From an uncultured Clostridia bacterium (lineage in GTDB: Bacteria > Bacillota > Clostridia > Christensenellales > UBA1242), in the NCBI GenBank assembly GCA_944332315.1, contig CALVJT010000006.1, positions 1-44,092 on the forward strand: 44,092 nucleotides of DNA. Reading direction: 5' to 3'. Under the pieces are notes generated by a model, which was not told where the DNA came from, searched no databases, and was given only the letters and a program-made list of their open reading frames with translations. Below are positions 43,201 to 44,092 of this stretch, piece after piece (within the stretch, counting starts at the first letter, position 1; each line of letters opens with the position of its first letter). The position numbers were made by a program, and so were the translations under genes.

Positions 43201-44092
43201 TCCAGATGAATTGTAGTACTTTGTTCCACTACCATTCCTTCCTGTATAGTACCCCTCAAAGGTGTAGTGCGTACGGCTAGGCACATTAATCCTTGGCATT
43301 GAACTGCCATAGGTTGCTTCTGTAGATTTCGTACCGCCAGAGCCCTCTCCAGGGTCAAAATAGATATTTGATGTTTTAGCAGTCCATTCGGCATATAACG
43401 TTGTATCGTTATAAAATACAGTACTAGAATATACTCGACTGCCCGAACCAGTCATCCAGTATTCAAAATAGTACCCCTCTCTACTTGGTTCTGGTAGAGA
43501 ATATCCATTTTGAGATAGCGTTGAACTATCGTCAATATCTGCACTAGCAGTCTTACCGCTGTAGTCCCAACCAGAAATATAATTCCAATACCGAGCATTT
43601 TCATCTGCCTCTGGTGCACGCAATGTTATGGTGATTGATGGTATTCCCCACACAGCGTATAGGGTAATTACATCATCAGCTTCAGTAGTCAAATTTTTTA
43701 CTGACTGGCCATTTGTATATCTAACTGTATTGCTATATGAACTAGTAGCCCAACCTAAAAATTCATACCCACTACGAGTAAATCGATTGGCAGAAAGTCC
43801 TTGTGAACGTCCGTAAGTAAATGTTTGGTCGGACATGCTACCACTTCCGCCATTACGATTGAACCTTACTTGATATTGGTTTGCCTCCCAATGGGCATAC
43901 CAAATATCATTGGCATTCATATCGTAATTTCTATTACCAACCCCGTTCGCGTTTATATATTGATCCCCACTACTAGCTGAAGTATAGTATCCGGTAAATG
44001 TATAACCTGTTCTAGTAGGGATGGTTACTGTTGGAGCCACTTTGCCATATGTTACTTGTATTGTTTTATCGCTACCGCTACCGCCGTTAGGC
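31222..44092 (-). CDS. Giant surface protein made of InlB B-repeat (Listeria-Bacteroides/Flg_new) domains, C-terminal TM anchor; 5' end outside window
   Basis: Dozens of ~70-aa units F[DN]xNGG...LPTPTRxGYxFxGW...TLYAxW; C-terminal IPLIIVGAILCLAVIALVVYLSI plus basic tail; frame stays open from 44040 to the window edge. Confidence 0.95.
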   Translation of the reverse strand, partial: PNGGSGSDKTIQVTYGKVAPTVTIPTRTGYTFTGYYTSASSGDQYINANGVGNRNYDMNANDIWYAHWEANQYQVRFNRNGGSGSMSDQTFTYGRSQGLSANRFTRSGYEFLGWATSSYSNTVRYTNGQSVKNLTTEADDVITLYAVWGIPSITITLRAPEADENARYWNYISGWDYSGKTASADIDDSSTLSQNGYSLPEPSREGYYFEYWMTGSGSRVYSSTVFYNDTTLYAEWTAKTSNIYFDPGEGSGGTKSTEATYGSSMPRINVPSRTHYTFEGYYTGRNGSGTKYYNSSGTSYQSWGEDVASDTLYANWTPANITVSFNTNGGSYVAPTTVRLDSTFGSLTKPAREGWGFVNWHYDSSLSSSSVVTSSTVLRVSMLPSTANSITLYAEWKTLSYNLTLQANEADFDASQWTGMNGWTASNKTAYQHFDYGDIISSMPTPTRSGYEFDGWYTSSSGGTRYDVGSLVRFPSATTLYAHWREIDYTLTINFNGGTYNNSTNSITIVGNINEQITLPTTTRVGYQFASWSNSSGAGSVNGTRYTFGAGNGSVTANWTARTYTLSFYKNDDDAKWVSVEGFTQVGSGNSVYYTKTVTYDQAIGPMPTVGKIGYNPTGWYTSGTGGTQYNESTIYKNSDDMALYAHYAENTYVLTINKVNGDPLQTEEGQPGNTFTLPTPHREGYTLNTWEITSGPGTYKGGIFTFDSGNTIIQAKWDPITYYVNYDGNGATGGTEMTRSEFKYGQLSQLKTNTYERSGFRFSGWSLDAMGSGTIYGDGSNVLNLTSTNGTVITLYAVWQSIMYDVIYDAVGGIIQETGGFDGVTGRSTSTVSYQYNSRIEVLPDVRYTGYTFLGWFTSDDEQIEQGYVVTAGATFYAHYAPMQFTVTLYGQGGTLSQVDGWDYSEDNLSASRTIDYNSTLGTLPTPKLVGSNFVGWFGDPIDKTDQFVSTSLYTYVYNLEIYAHYNVNRLMVVFDANGGEVSTPTVSRDYGSVIGELPEPTRGGFTFKHWVYNTDTSRVANEDDTVTSDITLVAQWDPAAITITFDGNTGTLVADENFPTESIQNNRATKSVYYDSEYGVFPSVSQAGASFLGWFDDRYGDGNQYLPNSTVKITENITLYAVFSPEKYTVTFNANGGFCSISERTYNYNEVLGYLPSTTREGYTLLGWAKEYNGTTYVSEYDPVIESMVLYACWAPITYTIEFDANRDDAVGGPMEPITAQYGVSVVLPQNLFSSPTADFIGWTQYSDGSGTIYLDGQNVVDLSIANGSTVVLYALWQQYEYTVSIASLGGTFTVLYEFEQSGTSARKTYYHGDQLGTLPEIELEGYTFDGYKDVDTDEPVDYSTYVTENMSLEPIFTPRTITVVFDAGDGTFDTENESFGYELSNDYKTATIEKDYGDTYGTLPTATLTGYTVNQYLLDDETPVGEMRVVRSEEDTITVYVEYAPVYVVVTFDARGGSIDVEGQTQNVLTLSFGYETVYEELPTPTRQGFTFLGWFTQPNGEGEEITAASTVNSVTNFYLYAAWRASNYTLWIDLNGGTYDGEDGPQTGTITIRGDYGQTIWFADITRPGYQLTGFNVGPESAGQLVNDPINGYGYLFGNDNASIQANWEAQPITITLNYGPAGAQEPAEIIVYVGQKYSSLPVLSNDVYEGYTFAGWFREATFENVVVATDTVIDTAGTTFYANWTQKIYTLSVNLDGGTVDDEEFTGTYTGSYDVENPTTITLPLPKRAGYDFGGWNVQQNDYYKGSVDDSTGSYVFTFGNGNGSIIAIWNANNYTIHFDGNGATSGTMSSLDAQVGTYIDLTENGFDRTGYNFTGWNTDKDGNGTAYRNGTSVVDLTLENNGEVTLFAQWQIMSLTLTIDPNGGLYNGSNNVTAIIRDYGSTVPVQAPTRFGYAFTGYTATITGTQTPIEVSLVGDEENGYTFLFPDTNITLTAGWERITITVTLDPNEGTWQNVDAFGEVQEDNTIDLQVQSDGTFGNLPTAANLVKAGYTFEAWVDPNGSEVYSTSTVSWEENITLTAKYAPQLYRLTINPNGGSYNNSTDVVEFTGEAGGTIDLLTPDRVGHSFTGWNITSGNGTANRNSFTFGSQDAVISAQWAPNEYTIYFSSNGGNGTMDSVKTTYGSQVILPANTFTRLGYEFAGWNSRADGTGQSYSDGASVTNLTDEVNGQITLYARWNVLTFTVNFDANLGSTNISVMEIRYGNTFETMPTATRAGYEFLGWYTELEEGEKIESDYQVSSNMTLYAHWKANSYTITFDAGEGTIIANEGFEGEVGGHTTTKQVTYGEQYGALPSVSHGSMAFLGWFTSPQVGTQVFSDSLLTLADDQTLYARYDTEYINVTFNAQGGVLEYSQIRLFVGYPYELPEVERVGYEFDGWYLLDEKITEETIVTRAEDHTLVARWNPISVQVTFNFAGASYVDTVGFEGDVYDDSATLTVFYGEPFGILPNMYKIGQMFDGWYMENGNRIYDTLDVSLLENFTVTAKFSDINYNLIINPNGGTYDGESGTTTFTNSYGSRIDLLIPERYGYEFTGWNNTTTYGSVEGSVEEGFAFIFGEGTTTIVAQWSPKLIVVTFDAVEGIITSTGISVSEDRKTGTKAYDFGATYGDLPVAQLDGYRFKGWFTVSGNGGVQMNTSSRVEMDEDFRLYAQYEKIEYTLFVNPNNGTFNGTSDITQYTGSIDATQPIAMPTRTGYEFEGWVLTGGGNIEEDGDAFIYTFGSSNGTITASWKAETYLLTFDYQGADGGNTVASKDIIYGMPYGTLPTPTRTGYDFTGWYTQSVDGDIVYSTQLVSRAEAHTLYAHWEIQKWTLRVILNGGSIDEGDNVAYKEYSGEFGQTIEFNQPTRYGYDFDGFDQSGEGTYSIQGGIVSFVLGDTDVVLVTNWLAKQGVVTLDAGLGMFESGLNTTTINVTYGLSYGALPTPTRDGYNFAGWKQNPSDQDYIISSTTVNVEGNHTLYADWREKTSTLTLILDGGTLATEGGLTQWERPFGSTIQFGVPTKEGYEFDTYTLLSDDGELTSTGEGANRIYTFTFGSTDAVITATYRAQTLKVTLDADGGTIQGAEGDLGETVQISVYFGDRYDAIDGTLPTAYKAGYTFDGWQTSDGNIVVGATTVSISQDHTLTAKYTPITYTLTIDLNGGTIGGQSTIAPQQMQIGQSYTFSADPQKTGYDFIEFRITSGSGQITNEDGVWKFIFTDSNASVEAIYEAREFTLTFDLNGHDVDIPASTGSDGWTVNGNTATKTVTYDSPYGALPALPKDGNSVFLGWFLGQDDGADQITSIVTVKIENDTIVYAHWGTSTYLLTLELDGGAITVDGQELTRYSVQASATNQITLEFDDDSLPHKAGYDFIEYEVVESGGGTLDPNGGDGSQWTFTMGEGNAVIRCVFEAINIVVTLDANGGTFGTYNEDEWDYNSGNKTLSRTYQYGGTLGILPTVTLNGYEFSGWFIDDQQYTNTYQIEWLTAQTLVADFRSSNFTLVIDPNGGTYEGSSTAVEKSLPYGGEPYTVSDPIREGYTFEGWTEVASVEGQGSLVDGQFTIGAGNYTLIASWKAITYTIVFDAGGGEGTMEPQVFTYDVAKVLSTNTFTREGYVFDRWVDTQGRFYDDKALVQNLTTVQGQEFKLTAQWSGAIYNVYYDANNGTARPIATQAQYGSTFGALATDWPTATREGYIFSGWYTAIIDGEPQGDEITPSTPFNYTNDLTLVAYWVIEKYTITLPQLDSNAAIINVVEGYDPNEVYYNNDFAFSIEVKEAYNESVLQVYANDTPILNINGVYYINRVADNIMVRVEGLTINTYVVTFNSIDGSYVAPYTSVPYGSLIEPPEDPTLLHYDFVAWYKDSALTQEFDFATERIYEDITLYAEYTRATYTVTFYLSEENPQQYGQVQYVAYMDTATRPTDPYMEGYNFWGWCLYGSSELYNFNSQVTGDIELYGHYIADSFEIRFMNGNRVITRQYRDYGEFVTLPEANIVNIEGYNLIGWYADANFEQPFDFEGTTVTQDMYIYGKYEAIVFTVEFYVDGQLRATRQVAYNGKVIAPNDIEVPEGNHIVSWYYDSDLTRVFDFNTTIDRNLSLYGRYELNDLVISFVINGQTELRYATFGSTLAGFTLPTLPSLTGYTQVAPYYSYVDSNNVTWRVYQETVDGNIRYYLQNANGEKIYFDDFVITSNMVFNAVYTINVYTVTFIMPDGTTVIKTVEHGGTLTDVPQVELGFGDRVAYDQSLSNIQGNLTVNVSIENFIKIPLIIVGAILCLAVIALVVYLSIKAYKKKHSRDKIRELIDTKGH

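Noticed and set aside
31222-44092. Diversity-generating retroelement or cassette-shuffling target in the giant protein
   Set aside because: No reverse transcriptase, recombinase or near-identical template/variable repeat pair noticed in the window.

Overview
Chromosomal segment of a low-GC, spore-forming Firmicute (Clostridia-like; inferred from consensus sigmaA promoters, AGGAGG RBSs, yabP and a BclA-like collagen). Both window edges cut large minus-strand surface-protein genes. On the left is a GLUG/InlB-B-repeat gene, absent from the ORF track, whose start is out of frame because of a G15 tract (phase-variation signature). On the right is a >4,270-aa InlB-B-repeat protein with a C-terminal membrane anchor. 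Between them lie housekeeping genes (gyrB, gyrA, coaE, DEDDh exonuclease, Smr protein, YugP-type peptidase, UPF0104 membrane protein), sporulation genes, a heterodimeric ABC exporter, an FkbM methyltransferase, a VmlR/CplR-like ABC-F, a zinc-ribbon membrane protein plus HipA-like kinase, an XRE regulator and several orphans. The most interesting signals are non-coding or recoding: the G15 switch; a uORF (MIMIILSI) attenuator with a second degenerate copy and an RBS-sequestering hairpin ahead of the ABC-F; an in-frame A_AAA_AAG slippery site needed to make a small membrane protein; a two-copy palindromic intergenic element; and two promoter-without-ORF sRNA candidates. No rRNA, tRNA, CRISPR array, transposase, integrase or reverse transcriptase was seen. 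Family calls come from motif recognition by eye, not database searches.
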